A stretch of DNA of 64,000 nt, from positions 186,001 to 250,000 of the IMG/VR virus record IMGVR_UViG_3300017917_002466. One strand, 5' to 3'. Numbering within the stretch: position 1 is the first letter of the stretch; every line of letters starts with the position of its first letter. The notes beneath the pieces are model-generated. The model saw nothing but the letters and a program-made list of their open reading frames with translations. It made no database searches and had not been told where the DNA came from. A program made the translations under genes and the position numbers. Of the stretch, positions 7,308 through 16,293 are shown piece by piece.

Positions 7308-8747
7308 TTAAACCGCATCAAAAGGATTTGGTTTCTTTACCTCTGGGGATTTGGCCTCTTTCTTCTTTTGCAAGAACTTCTTGAAACCTTGCTTAAGCTG
7401 ATCGGCTTTGGACTTTGCAGTATCACCAACTTCCTCAGCTCCCTTCTTAATTACTTCTCCAGCCTTCTCTACACCAGATTTGACCTTGGTTTCTATATCA
7501 CCTTTTTCGATTGCTTCTTTAGCTTTCTCTATACCAGCCTTTGTTTTAGCTTCTATTCCTTTACCAACTTCCTCAGCTCCCTTTTCAATTTCCTTACTAA
7601 CTTTTTTAGTACCTTTTTCAATTTCTTTACCAACTTTTTCGGCTCCTTGTGTTACTTTTTCTCCGGCCTTTGCTCCCTGTTCTTTTACAATCTCAACAAT
7701 CTTTTCAGCATTCTTCTGTGCCTTTTTAAAAGCTTCTTCACCAGTATCACTCTTAGCAAAGACGTGTTGGCCTGAACCCATAATCATTAATATAAGAGCG
7801 GCAGCAGTTAGAACTTTAGGACTCTTCTTAGCAACAAGGTCAAGAATGTTCTCCTTCAAAATTTCTCCACTAAGAATTTCTTCCTCAAAAGTCAACTGCT
7901 TCTTATCCATCATATGTCTTGCAATATCCATTGCGTGAACGAAATCTTCCTTATTATCATTTAGCCACTGTATCATTTCGTCCTTTGAAAGACCCATGAC
8001 TTCTCCACAAACACCCTTGATCTTTTCCTGAATCCTCTTGAATGCGGCTCTTGCGGCTCCTTTCAAAGCGTCTATTCCTTTTCCTTCTTCAAGAACTCCA
8101 AGCTTCTTTGCCTTGAACTCGGAGAAAGATTCGGTCTTGGTATCATAAGCCTTATCACCCTTTTCCAACTTATCTGTCTTACTTGTACCTGACATATGAG
8201 CTTTATTTGGCTTAATATCCTTTGGTAATTCATAATCAGGTTTAAACTTATCAGAAACAATTGCTTCTCTATCTTCTGTATCAACTACTTCTTGTGGAAC
8301 CATTTTAGTCCAAGTTATCTTACCAATTTCATTTCCTTTAATAACTTCTTTAGTTTCCTCATCCTTCCTATCAGCAGTATCATCTATTAAATTATATTTT
8401 TTAATTTTCTTTTTCATAGCTTCTAAAATAGACTTAATGGGTTGTATAGATGAACCATATGTAAAAAAACTAAAAGGATTTTTTTCTTTAATAAAATTAT
8501 TAACGGCTTCAGCAAAACTAGAAGCAATTTTAGAATTTGAATCGTTTATACTAATTCTATGAGAAATACTGTTTTCAAATTCCAGTATCCAAGTATTAAA
8601 ATCTTCTGAACCATTTCCACCAACAGAATTGCATAATAATGCGTATTCTACTCCATCAACAACAAATCTATTTTCCCATTTTCCAGCCATTCCATTATAA
8701 ATTTGTTGACTTTCTAGTTTTTCTATTAAAATATTTTTAAAAGACAT
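7308..8747 (-). CDS. Putative virion internal polyprotein; CTS-like N-terminus, internal signal-peptide-like segment, K/E/A/G-rich helical repeats
   Basis: MSFKNILIE; internal TESFSEFK; KKSPKVLTAAALILMIMGSGQHVFA; LEA/apolipoprotein-like repeats. Confidence 0.6.
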   Translation of the reverse strand: MSFKNILIEKLESQQIYNGMAGKWENRFVVDGVEYALLCNSVGGNGSEDFNTWILEFENSISHRISINDSNSKIASSFAEAVNNFIKEKNPFSFFTYGSSIQPIKSILEAMKKKIKKYNLIDDTADRKDEETKEVIKGNEIGKITWTKMVPQEVVDTEDREAIVSDKFKPDYELPKDIKPNKAHMSGTSKTDKLEKGDKAYDTKTESFSEFKAKKLGVLEEGKGIDALKGAARAAFKRIQEKIKGVCGEVMGLSKDEMIQWLNDNKEDFVHAMDIARHMMDKKQLTFEEEILSGEILKENILDLVAKKSPKVLTAAALILMIMGSGQHVFAKSDTGEEAFKKAQKNAEKIVEIVKEQGAKAGEKVTQGAEKVGKEIEKGTKKVSKEIEKGAEEVGKGIEAKTKAGIEKAKEAIEKGDIETKVKSGVEKAGEVIKKGAEEVGDTAKSKADQLKQGFKKFLQKKKEAKSPEVKKPNPFDAV

Positions 8748-8770
8748 TTTTAATCCTCCTTTGATAATCT

Positions 8771-8798
8771 TTAATAGTATTTATATAAATACTATTAA
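8771..8798. promoter_or_regulatory. Perfect 28-bp palindrome holding back-to-back T4-type late promoter boxes
   Basis: TTAATAGTATTTAT|ATAAATACTATTAA; TATAAATA on both strands (8778-8785 minus, 8784-8791 plus). Confidence 0.7.
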
Positions 8799-8867
8799 GA
8801 GATTAGACTTAATATTCGTTGTATTAAGTCAACAAGATGAGGTTTCATATCTTGCTGTTCCTCTTAA
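8795..8867 (+). ncRNA. Second type of three-way-junction leader (copy D) before an endonuclease pseudogene
   Basis: TTAAGAG/CTCTTAA; GACTTAATA/TATTAAGTC; CAAGAT/ATCTTG. Confidence 0.5.
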
Positions 8868-8888
8868 CAATATTTATAAAGGTTTCAA

Positions 8889-9162
8889 ATGAAAAAATCA
8901 CTACAGAAGAATTTATTCAAAAAGCTAAATAAGTCCGCGGTGATAAGTTCAATTACTCTAAAGTTAAATATATTAGTACTCATCAATTTGTATTGAATAT
9001 AACGGCAAACAACACGTTGATAAAGAAAGTAAATTTTATTCTGATGAAAATGTTAAAAACGAATATTGTCAGAAAAACAATATTCGCTTAATCAGAATTC
9101 CATATTGGGAAACTTCTAATATAGAAAAAATTCTTAAAAATTTAATTATACTAATATTTTAA
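8889..9162 (+). pseudogene. Degenerate PD-(D/E)XK homing endonuclease with internal deletion, frameshifts and an internal stop
   Basis: KITTEEFIQKAK*VRGDKFNYSKVKY joined to CIEYNGKQH...KNEYCQKNNIRLIRIPYW; homologous to 1657-2406 and 19837-20757. Confidence 0.85.
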
Positions 9163-9394
9163 GCATCTGCTGAATTAATCTAATATCAATTCCTTCTTGA
9201 ATAAGGAAAGAGGTAAATTGAGCTACTTCGCTAACAGTTTTCATCATTTTTTTAAAATCATCTATACTTCCTTGAAAATAAGTATTATATGCTTCATCTA
9301 AAGCGTCTTGAGTCATTCCCTTTGAAACTGTTTTTGTGTACTCCGCTACTTCATCATTGCCTAAAAATCTATTAAAATAAGTGTTATTTTTCAT
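9146..9394 (-). CDS. Hypothetical protein
   Basis: Start moved to 9394 (AGGAG RBS). Confidence 0.6.
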   Translation of the reverse strand: MKNNTYFNRFLGNDEVAEYTKTVSKGMTQDALDEAYNTYFQGSIDDFKKMMKTVSEVAQFTSFLIQEGIDIRLIQQMLKILV

Positions 9395-9398
9395 TTTA

Positions 9399-9734
9399 TT
9401 ACTCCTGTTTCTTTTTAGATTTATATGATTCATCGGCTAAATCTTGCATTCTAACTATTGCTTTCCTGAGTGAAACTTCAGCTTCAAATGCAGTTGTATT
9501 ACCTTCATCAGTTGTAAGTGTATCAATAAATTCAGCTGCTTTTTTAACATTATCAATATGCTTTAAAATTTCACCAACAGCACTACCAGATGATTTTTCT
9601 TCATTTTCTTCATCATCAACTACTTTAGATGCAATTTTCTTAATAGTTGGACTATTTTCTTTTTCATCCTCAATATCTTCAATATCTTCAATATCTCTTT
9701 CTACTAATTTTTCAAGATCGTTTAAAATACTCAT
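9399..9734 (-). CDS. Acidic hypothetical protein, weak CTS-like N-terminus
   Basis: MSILNDLEKLVE; IED x3 microrepeat. Confidence 0.6.
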   Translation of the reverse strand: MSILNDLEKLVERDIEDIEDIEDEKENSPTIKKIASKVVDDEENEEKSSGSAVGEILKHIDNVKKAAEFIDTLTTDEGNTTAFEAEVSLRKAIVRMQDLADESYKSKKKQE

Positions 9735-9791
9735 ATATTATAATCCCCTTATGTTTTAATTTTATAACAAAATATTTCAGAAGTATTTATA

Positions 9792-10112
9792 TTAATCAGT
9801 AGATTTTTTAGAAACTTCAATACTTGGATATTCTTTCTTAACAGCCCTTGCTACAGCCATCTTAAGTCCTTTAAGTGTTCCTTTATACCAAGATGGAACT
9901 TTATCAAATTGATTGGCTCTTGCCAAAGCATTTCTTGCCTGAGCAGCACTTCCAAGTGGAAAATGGTCTTTATCATCCTTAACACTTTTACTCTTAGCAT
10001 CAAAAACAGGATTTGGACGATTTCTAACCTTTGCCTTTTCACTTTTTTCTTTAGCTTCATTAACAACTATACCATCAATGTTCTCAAAAAGTTCTTCAAG
10101 CATTGTTGTCAT
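9792..10112 (-). CDS. Small basic virion-associated protein (HFP...ARNALARA motif, DUF6582-like)
   Basis: DHFPLGSAAQARNALARANQF motif recalled from phage head-associated proteins. Confidence 0.55.
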   Translation of the reverse strand: MTTMLEELFENIDGIVVNEAKEKSEKAKVRNRPNPVFDAKSKSVKDDKDHFPLGSAAQARNALARANQFDKVPSWYKGTLKGLKMAVARAVKKEYPSIEVSKKSTD

Positions 10113-10113
10113 A

Positions 10114-10533
10114 TTATCTCCTTGCTAAGAAAAGCTCATCATCATAGGTTTGAACTTCTCTATTTTCTATAAGACTATGTATTTCTTCTAAAGCTTCATT
10201 TTGATTTTTGAAAGTTCCATATTTAAGAACCAAGTTCTCATCAAATATTCCAAAAATATTATCTCTCTCAAACACAAATAGACGATTTCCTTTAGAGTGT
10301 GGTTTTCCATCTAAATCCAAATTATTTAAACTATCTTCGTATTCTGTAAAAAATACGCTACCGTCATTAGACAAAGGGTAATTACCTTGTCCATCAGTCA
10401 CAGTATATAGAGTGTATGGACCTTTTTCAAAATTCCAAGACCACATATCCAATTCAATTACTTGTCTTGGAGATTCTTCTTCCATCTTTTCAAGAAGAAA
10501 ATTGGCTTTGTTCATATAAAAGTCTGATTTCAT
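10114..10533 (-). CDS. Hypothetical protein
   Basis: 139 aa; TATAAATA upstream at 10579-10586. Confidence 0.65.
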   Translation of the reverse strand: MKSDFYMNKANFLLEKMEEESPRQVIELDMWSWNFEKGPYTLYTVTDGQGNYPLSNDGSVFFTEYEDSLNNLDLDGKPHSKGNRLFVFERDNIFGIFDENLVLKYGTFKNQNEALEEIHSLIENREVQTYDDELFLARR

Positions 10534-10644
10534 TGATTGATTCCTTTAATATTTTGTAATCTTTTCTTTATTATTAAGTATTTATAGTTTAACCAATCTT
10601 TCTAAACGGAAATAAGCACATAACAAAAGAAATGTTCGATAAAT

Positions 10645-12069
10645 TTATTTCCAGTCTTTTATAAACTTTTCAATTGATTTCATATCATTTATATCAATTT
10701 CATTATTAAGTACATAATCTATTGTGTCTTTAATAATTTTACCAAATTGAATTCCTTGTTTAATATCTGGTCTTAATTTCATTATTAAAGCACCATTAAT
10801 AACTTTTTTAACAGGATCAACAATATCTTTACCTTTAACCATATTTCTGACTTTTTCTATTTTTTCTTGAATATCATCCCATTCTTTTTGGTCAAATAAA
10901 CTACCTCTGCTTTTATTATCACAATATGCCGTCTTTTCTAATAAATCAAAATATGGCGATTTAACTAAAGTAGCAACAGTACTATTATTCATTTTTAAAA
11001 TATCAAAAAATTTCATATGATTTTCGGCTACCCATTTTATAGCAGAAATTGTATCATTATCCATCTTCATTCTTTTACCAATTTCTTCTATCATCTTACC
11101 AGATTGTTCAGCATGGCCATGATAAGAATGGGTTCCTTTATCTGTTAATGCATATGTTTTATTTTTACCCAAATCATGCATTAATAAACACCAATTTAAT
11201 AAAGCATTAGGTTCTTTATTTACTTTAAGAACTTCCATGACATGACCGAAAACATTTGGAGATTCTGGATGGTGGTCTGGTGAATGTAACATTGACTCTT
11301 GTTCCACCAATTCAGGAAGAACATATTTCAATATTCCAATATCCTTTAACATAATAATAGCATCTGCAAACTTTGATCCGGATTGTTTTGCCATAGATGT
11401 AAGTTCTTTTAGTATTCTTTCTTGTGCGACCTTCTTTATCTCTGGTGCGTGTGACTTCATTGCTTCTAATGTTTCTTTGTCAATATCAAATCCAAGACGA
11501 GAAGCAAAACGAATTCCACGAAGAACTCTTACTTCATCTTCCTTAAAGCGTAAATTAGGATCACCAACGGCAGCAACCACTTTCTTTTCAATATGGTCTA
11601 ATCCACCATGATGGTCTATAATATTACCATCTTTATCAATACCAAGTTGATTGATTGTAAAATCTCTACGAGAAGCATCATCCTTAAATGATGTTGTAAG
11701 TTCTACTTTGTCAGCTCCTTTACCACCTTCACCAGAATACAAATCTTTTCTATAGGTAGCAATTTCTACGTTTTGACCTTTGTATGGAATAACAGTAACG
11801 CCCATAGCCTTATTCTTTCCAATGTCAATAGTTCTTCCAAATATCTTTTCTATTTCATCTGGAGTAGCATTAGTAGTAATATCAACATCATTTGGATTAT
11901 TACCTAATACCAAATCTCTAACAACACCACCAACCATGAGGGCTTCAAAACCAGCAGCATTGATCTTATCTAAAATCTCAATAGCGTTTCTGATTTCGGG
12001 ATTGCTTTGTTTAATGGAATCCCAGTTATTTAATTTAGTTTCTTGAAAGTAATACTTTTCAAATCTCAT
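10645..12069 (-). CDS. cca: CCA-adding tRNA nucleotidyltransferase (class II) with HD domain; CTS-like N-terminus
   Basis: VGGVVRD, DVDITT, RRDFTIN, EDxxRxxRxIRF, HD motif MHDLGK; starts MRFEKYYFQE. Confidence 0.92.
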   Translation of the reverse strand: MRFEKYYFQETKLNNWDSIKQSNPEIRNAIEILDKINAAGFEALMVGGVVRDLVLGNNPNDVDITTNATPDEIEKIFGRTIDIGKNKAMGVTVIPYKGQNVEIATYRKDLYSGEGGKGADKVELTTSFKDDASRRDFTINQLGIDKDGNIIDHHGGLDHIEKKVVAAVGDPNLRFKEDEVRVLRGIRFASRLGFDIDKETLEAMKSHAPEIKKVAQERILKELTSMAKQSGSKFADAIIMLKDIGILKYVLPELVEQESMLHSPDHHPESPNVFGHVMEVLKVNKEPNALLNWCLLMHDLGKNKTYALTDKGTHSYHGHAEQSGKMIEEIGKRMKMDNDTISAIKWVAENHMKFFDILKMNNSTVATLVKSPYFDLLEKTAYCDNKSRGSLFDQKEWDDIQEKIEKVRNMVKGKDIVDPVKKVINGALIMKLRPDIKQGIQFGKIIKDTIDYVLNNEIDINDMKSIEKFIKDWK

Positions 12070-12620
12070 TTTAATTTTTCCACGTTTAATATTTTAATTA
12101 AAGAATCAGAATAAGCTACATAAATTTTTCCTCTTCCTTGTATATCATCAGCAATAGACCCATAAACATTTAAATCATAAAGAAATTCAGAAGCTTTTTT
12201 ATCACTTTTAAAAGTATCTCTTAATATTCCATAAGTTTGATCTAAATTATAAGTTTCTCTATAACTTTCTAATTCTTCTTTCATATTATTAGCATCTTCA
12301 TCATAACCATTTTCTTCGAGTTTATTAGCTATATCTAAATATATATTTTCAGGAATAAGTTGATCCCATTCATAAAAATTTTCTAATCCATTAATTTTAA
12401 CTTCATATAAAAACATTCCCTGATGTTTTTTACCTAAAAAATTTTCACGAGCATAATATTCAGCCAATTCTATATTATCGGCAAAATATAATCCAAATCC
12501 ATATTTATTTAATCCATCGCCAGTTCCAACTTTATTCAAATCAAATTTATTAAAAGAATAAGCTGATCCATGATAAAGGACTTTAGATTCTTCTGTTAAA
12601 TAATATTCATCGAATTTCAT
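12066..12620 (-). CDS. ADP-ribosyltransferase-like protein; CTS-like N-terminus
   Basis: LYHGS...YGFGLYFADNIELAEYYA...LYEVKI ART-fold motifs; starts MKFDEYYLTEE. Confidence 0.65.
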   Translation of the reverse strand: MKFDEYYLTEESKVLYHGSAYSFNKFDLNKVGTGDGLNKYGFGLYFADNIELAEYYARENFLGKKHQGMFLYEVKINGLENFYEWDQLIPENIYLDIANKLEENGYDEDANNMKEELESYRETYNLDQTYGILRDTFKSDKKASEFLYDLNVYGSIADDIQGRGKIYVAYSDSLIKILNVEKLK

Positions 12621-13141
12621 GATACATACCTTGAAAATCTAGAAGCAGCTAATTTAGCATCTTCTAATGTTTTAATATCTTTACTTCCGTGTTTAATGAA
12701 TGGAGTTTTATCATCATTACTAAAATATTCATCAAATAACTTATCTCCAATTTTAAATCCACAAATTGCACGATGACTCCACCCATACCATTTTTTACTA
12801 GTAGGTGAATAACCAATACTACAAACAGAATGTTTAGGACTTACTTTTTCAAATTGTTTTATTTTAAATTTATCTGATAAATGTTTAGCTGTTTTAGAAT
12901 CACCAATCCAATCACCATTTTCATTGTATGCATTTAGCATTTCAAGTTTACCATTTCCACCATATTCACTATCATCTATTAATTCTTTTTTAATAATATA
13001 ACTACCATGATTTCTAGTAAAAATAATTTCTTTTATTTTGAATGGACTCGCTTCTAATAATATATTTTTAAAAGCTGGTTCTAATAATGATAAAAAATAT
13101 TCAGTTGAGTCTTCATTAAAATATAATTCGTCAAATCTCAT
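12617..13141 (-). CDS. Conserved phage hypothetical protein (WYGWSHRA motif); CTS-like N-terminus
   Basis: MRFDELYFNE; SIGYSPTSKKWYGWSHRAICGF. Confidence 0.7.
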   Translation of the reverse strand: MRFDELYFNEDSTEYFLSLLEPAFKNILLEASPFKIKEIIFTRNHGSYIIKKELIDDSEYGGNGKLEMLNAYNENGDWIGDSKTAKHLSDKFKIKQFEKVSPKHSVCSIGYSPTSKKWYGWSHRAICGFKIGDKLFDEYFSNDDKTPFIKHGSKDIKTLEDAKLAASRFSRYVS

Positions 13142-13143
13142 TT

Positions 13144-13752
13144 TTAATATCCTCTCATTTTTTTTAGTCTTTCTGGGCTATTATTTACAACATTTTTACC
13201 ACTATTTGAAATACCCCCATTAGCTTTTATCAATCCTTTTTGTAATAATGACTGATGTATTTCTTCTGGTACTCTTGGTCTAGCCGATGAAATTAAACTT
13301 TGTTTATAATAAAGATGTTTGAACTCTTCATCGGAAACTTCAGTTGATATATCTGGTAAAAATTTAGAAGCATCAGAAGCGGTATAAATTTCTAATCTTG
13401 GAGGATATGTACCAACTACAGCCATAACAAAACCACTTGGAATTTCGGTTTCTCCGCCAATTTCTTTTCCAGTAATTGCTCCATCTCCTTCCATACCGCT
13501 TCTTGTAAAAGAAAAAGGTACTTCAATAGCTTTATTATTAGAAACCAATTTAAACATTTGATAATATTCTCTATCAGCTTCATGCCAAGGTATATCTACT
13601 TTTATAGTTCCTTTTTGAATTAATCTAATATGAGAATTAATTTTTTTATAAAGTTTTTCATCAGCCCATTTCAAAATTTCAATTGGAACTTGTTTTCTAT
13701 CTAAATTTACATTTTCTATTAAATATTTTTCTAGTTCTGATAAGAAACTCAT
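13144..13752 (-). CDS. Hypothetical protein; CTS-like N-terminus
   Basis: Start 13752 by RBS spacing; MSFLSELEKYLIE. Confidence 0.7.
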   Translation of the reverse strand: MSFLSELEKYLIENVNLDRKQVPIEILKWADEKLYKKINSHIRLIQKGTIKVDIPWHEADREYYQMFKLVSNNKAIEVPFSFTRSGMEGDGAITGKEIGGETEIPSGFVMAVVGTYPPRLEIYTASDASKFLPDISTEVSDEEFKHLYYKQSLISSARPRVPEEIHQSLLQKGLIKANGGISNSGKNVVNNSPERLKKMRGY

Positions 13753-13833
13753 AACCATTCTCCTATTAGTTCATATAATCTGGAAACTTCGCATTTGGAA
13801 ATAAATTTAATAAAATTGGTTTAATTTTTTTAA

Positions 13834-14313
13834 TTAATTTTTTTCTTCTTTTGGATATTCATTTATTTCCAAAACTTCATCTTCTTTAATATTTATATCT
13901 TCTTTAACCATAGTTACTTGTCCTTTCATTCTATTTTCTTCTTTAAATCCTTTTGCTAACAAAATCTTTTCCATTGTTGGATTAACAACATATGCTCTTA
14001 TTATAGGTTCATCAAAAGCTTCTTTGTCTTGATTATATGTATCAATTGCAATATCAACCAATCTCTTTCCAACTCCCTTACCTTGAAAATCATCACGAAC
14101 TACAACATCAAAAGAGAATTCTCCACTTAACCAAGTTGTCCAAAGTGCACCAACTACTTCATTATTTAAAATAGCAACTGTATGAATTTCTTTATCTGAT
14201 AGGACTCCAATATCATATTTCTTGGCCATTTTATAGGCATCATCTATATGCTTTGAGTCTAGCTCATCTGCATAAACATATGCAACATTTTCATAAAATT
14301 CTACAAAGTTCAT
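13834..14313 (-). CDS. GNAT N-acetyltransferase; CTS-like N-terminus
   Basis: VVVRDDFQGKGVGKRL motif A; MNFVEFYE. Confidence 0.85.
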   Translation of the reverse strand: MNFVEFYENVAYVYADELDSKHIDDAYKMAKKYDIGVLSDKEIHTVAILNNEVVGALWTTWLSGEFSFDVVVRDDFQGKGVGKRLVDIAIDTYNQDKEAFDEPIIRAYVVNPTMEKILLAKGFKEENRMKGQVTMVKEDINIKEDEVLEINEYPKEEKN

Positions 14314-14693
14314 GTTATATCTTTAAGTACCTTTTGGAAAACTTTCTTGCCCAAAGGAGTAAAACCGCCCGTCTTCTTCCTATGTTCTGGGTATTTTTCC
14401 CAAAACTCTTTAGCAAGCAAAGTTCCTATTCCCTGTTTTTGAAATTCTTGAACCACCGATAAATCAGTTTCATCACCACCAAGTTTAAGAATAAATCCGA
14501 CTTCTTGAATACCAATTTTTGCTATGATTCCTTCCCCATTATCATATAGCTTTACTTTTCCAACCATCTTATAAGGCTTCAATCCATCTGTCATACCTTC
14601 CATATCTCCGATATGCAGAACTGGTCTTGAAGAATTCGGAATATCTTTTCCGTAATCTTCTATATTTTCTTTATAAAAGCTTATAAAGTTCAT
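14310..14693 (-). CDS. GNAT-like acetyltransferase; CTS-like N-terminus
   Basis: VVQEFQKQGIGTLL motif A; MNFISFYKE. Confidence 0.7.
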   Translation of the reverse strand: MNFISFYKENIEDYGKDIPNSSRPVLHIGDMEGMTDGLKPYKMVGKVKLYDNGEGIIAKIGIQEVGFILKLGGDETDLSVVQEFQKQGIGTLLAKEFWEKYPEHRKKTGGFTPLGKKVFQKVLKDIT

Positions 14694-15322
14694 TTTGTTT
14701 CCTTCACCTTTCCTGGAATAAAAACTTCAAGATGATCTCTACTTATAAATCCACCCTTACCTCTTTTGTAAGGGTCTGCTATTGGTCTTGGCTTTCCTTT
14801 CTCTTGACCTAACCACTTATCACCTTTAAGTGACTTAATATCTCTTGATACAACTTTATTTAAAAGTAATGGTAAATCTTTAGTATCTACTTTAACCCAA
14901 GAACCTTTATATTCTTTACCAACTCCAAATTCTTTTGCCTCTTGAACAAAATGACACCAAATATCTCCGTGATGCTGAAACTTCTTAATAGGTGGAAATC
15001 TATACTCTGGTTCTCCATACTCGTCCGTTCCAATCTTAACCATCATTTCCTTATTCCACGCTGCAAGAAAAGGCTCAATATAAGGCCAGATATATGCATA
15101 GATTCCTCTATGCTCTGGTGCGTGATGGAATCCAACAATCGGACTTCCGAGTTCTTCACTTTTAGAAAACGCCTTTTCCTTTCTCTTATCTTGCTTGGGG
15201 TTCATATGACCCCAACGAGCAAACATAATTTTAGGAGCCTTCTCAGATTTTTCTCTTGCCTTTACTCTGATAGGCTCCTCGTCTTCATCGTCATAATAAT
15301 AGGCTTCAAATTGATTAATCAT
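14690..15322 (-). CDS. Hypothetical protein; CTS-like N-terminus
   Basis: MINQFEAYYYDD; coupled operon. Confidence 0.7.
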   Translation of the reverse strand: MINQFEAYYYDDEDEEPIRVKAREKSEKAPKIMFARWGHMNPKQDKRKEKAFSKSEELGSPIVGFHHAPEHRGIYAYIWPYIEPFLAAWNKEMMVKIGTDEYGEPEYRFPPIKKFQHHGDIWCHFVQEAKEFGVGKEYKGSWVKVDTKDLPLLLNKVVSRDIKSLKGDKWLGQEKGKPRPIADPYKRGKGGFISRDHLEVFIPGKVKETK

Positions 15323-15686
15323 AAAAATCTATTACGTCTGCCTCATTAAAAGCTATTTCCATATTATATTCATTTATTTGAACATCGCTTATATCTTTAT
15401 TTTGTAACAACTCGTTTTTTATCTTAACAATAGTTTCTGGTGGAACTCTACCATTATATGCTTTGCTCGTAATAGGAAATGAGATATATGCATCAAATTT
15501 ATGGATTCCAGTAGGAACATCTTTCTTTTTGATTTCTCCATCAATTTCAATTCCATATTGACTCAAGTATTCTTTTAATTCATTAACGCGAATGTCTGCT
15601 ATCATAAACATATCTTCATCAGCACCTACAGTAACAAAAGAAGATTTGGATTCAAGCGCCTCTTTTAAATATTCATTAAAACTCAT
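15315..15686 (-). CDS. Hypothetical protein; CTS-like N-terminus
   Basis: Start 15686 (MSFNEYLKEALES). Confidence 0.7.
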   Translation of the reverse strand: MSFNEYLKEALESKSSFVTVGADEDMFMIADIRVNELKEYLSQYGIEIDGEIKKKDVPTGIHKFDAYISFPITSKAYNGRVPPETIVKIKNELLQNKDISDVQINEYNMEIAFNEADVIDFYD

Positions 15687-15687
15687 A

Positions 15688-16293
15688 TTATGCTCCTTCA
15701 CTCTTTTCTTCCGGGTCTGAAAGGTGGAAATCTATTTGATCTTTGAACTTAAAGAAGTCTACAAGGTAAACATCGTTATCAGTCCAATTGATAAGCTCAA
15801 ACTTTTTCTCATCATCCATATCTTTAGGAAACGAAACCCATTCACTATTCTCATAATCCCAATACTTTTTGAAAGCATCTATTGGAACCATATGAGCAAC
15901 TGCTACAGAATGTCCCTGCTTTTCAATATCCATTGCCTTTGCGGAATCGTCTGTAACCATAACAAGCTTACCTTCTGTAAACTTATCATAAGAACCTTCT
16001 GGTCTATCCGCTGAATAGTAAACTATAAAAGTTCTCTTTGGTTTTTGTGTTACTTGTGGTTCAGATGGTGGTGTATTGAAATCTGTATTGCTTCTATCTC
16101 CACCAAGCTTCTGTTGTCTCTTGATTTTGACTTCCAATGGAGCATACTTCCACTGATCTTCTTTAGGAAGACTCTTTACCTTAATCTTATTACGCTGGCC
16201 GGATTTAGTCCTATGCCAAACATATCTTTGGCGCCAGTCGTCGTTAGGATTTCTTTCTTCTGTTAGTAAACAGAAAAATTGAAAATCATTCAT
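15688..16293 (-). CDS. Hypothetical protein; CTS-like N-terminus
   Basis: MNDFQFFCLLTEE; coupled operon. Confidence 0.7.
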   Translation of the reverse strand: MNDFQFFCLLTEERNPNDDWRQRYVWHRTKSGQRNKIKVKSLPKEDQWKYAPLEVKIKRQQKLGGDRSNTDFNTPPSEPQVTQKPKRTFIVYYSADRPEGSYDKFTEGKLVMVTDDSAKAMDIEKQGHSVAVAHMVPIDAFKKYWDYENSEWVSFPKDMDDEKKFELINWTDNDVYLVDFFKFKDQIDFHLSDPEEKSEGA

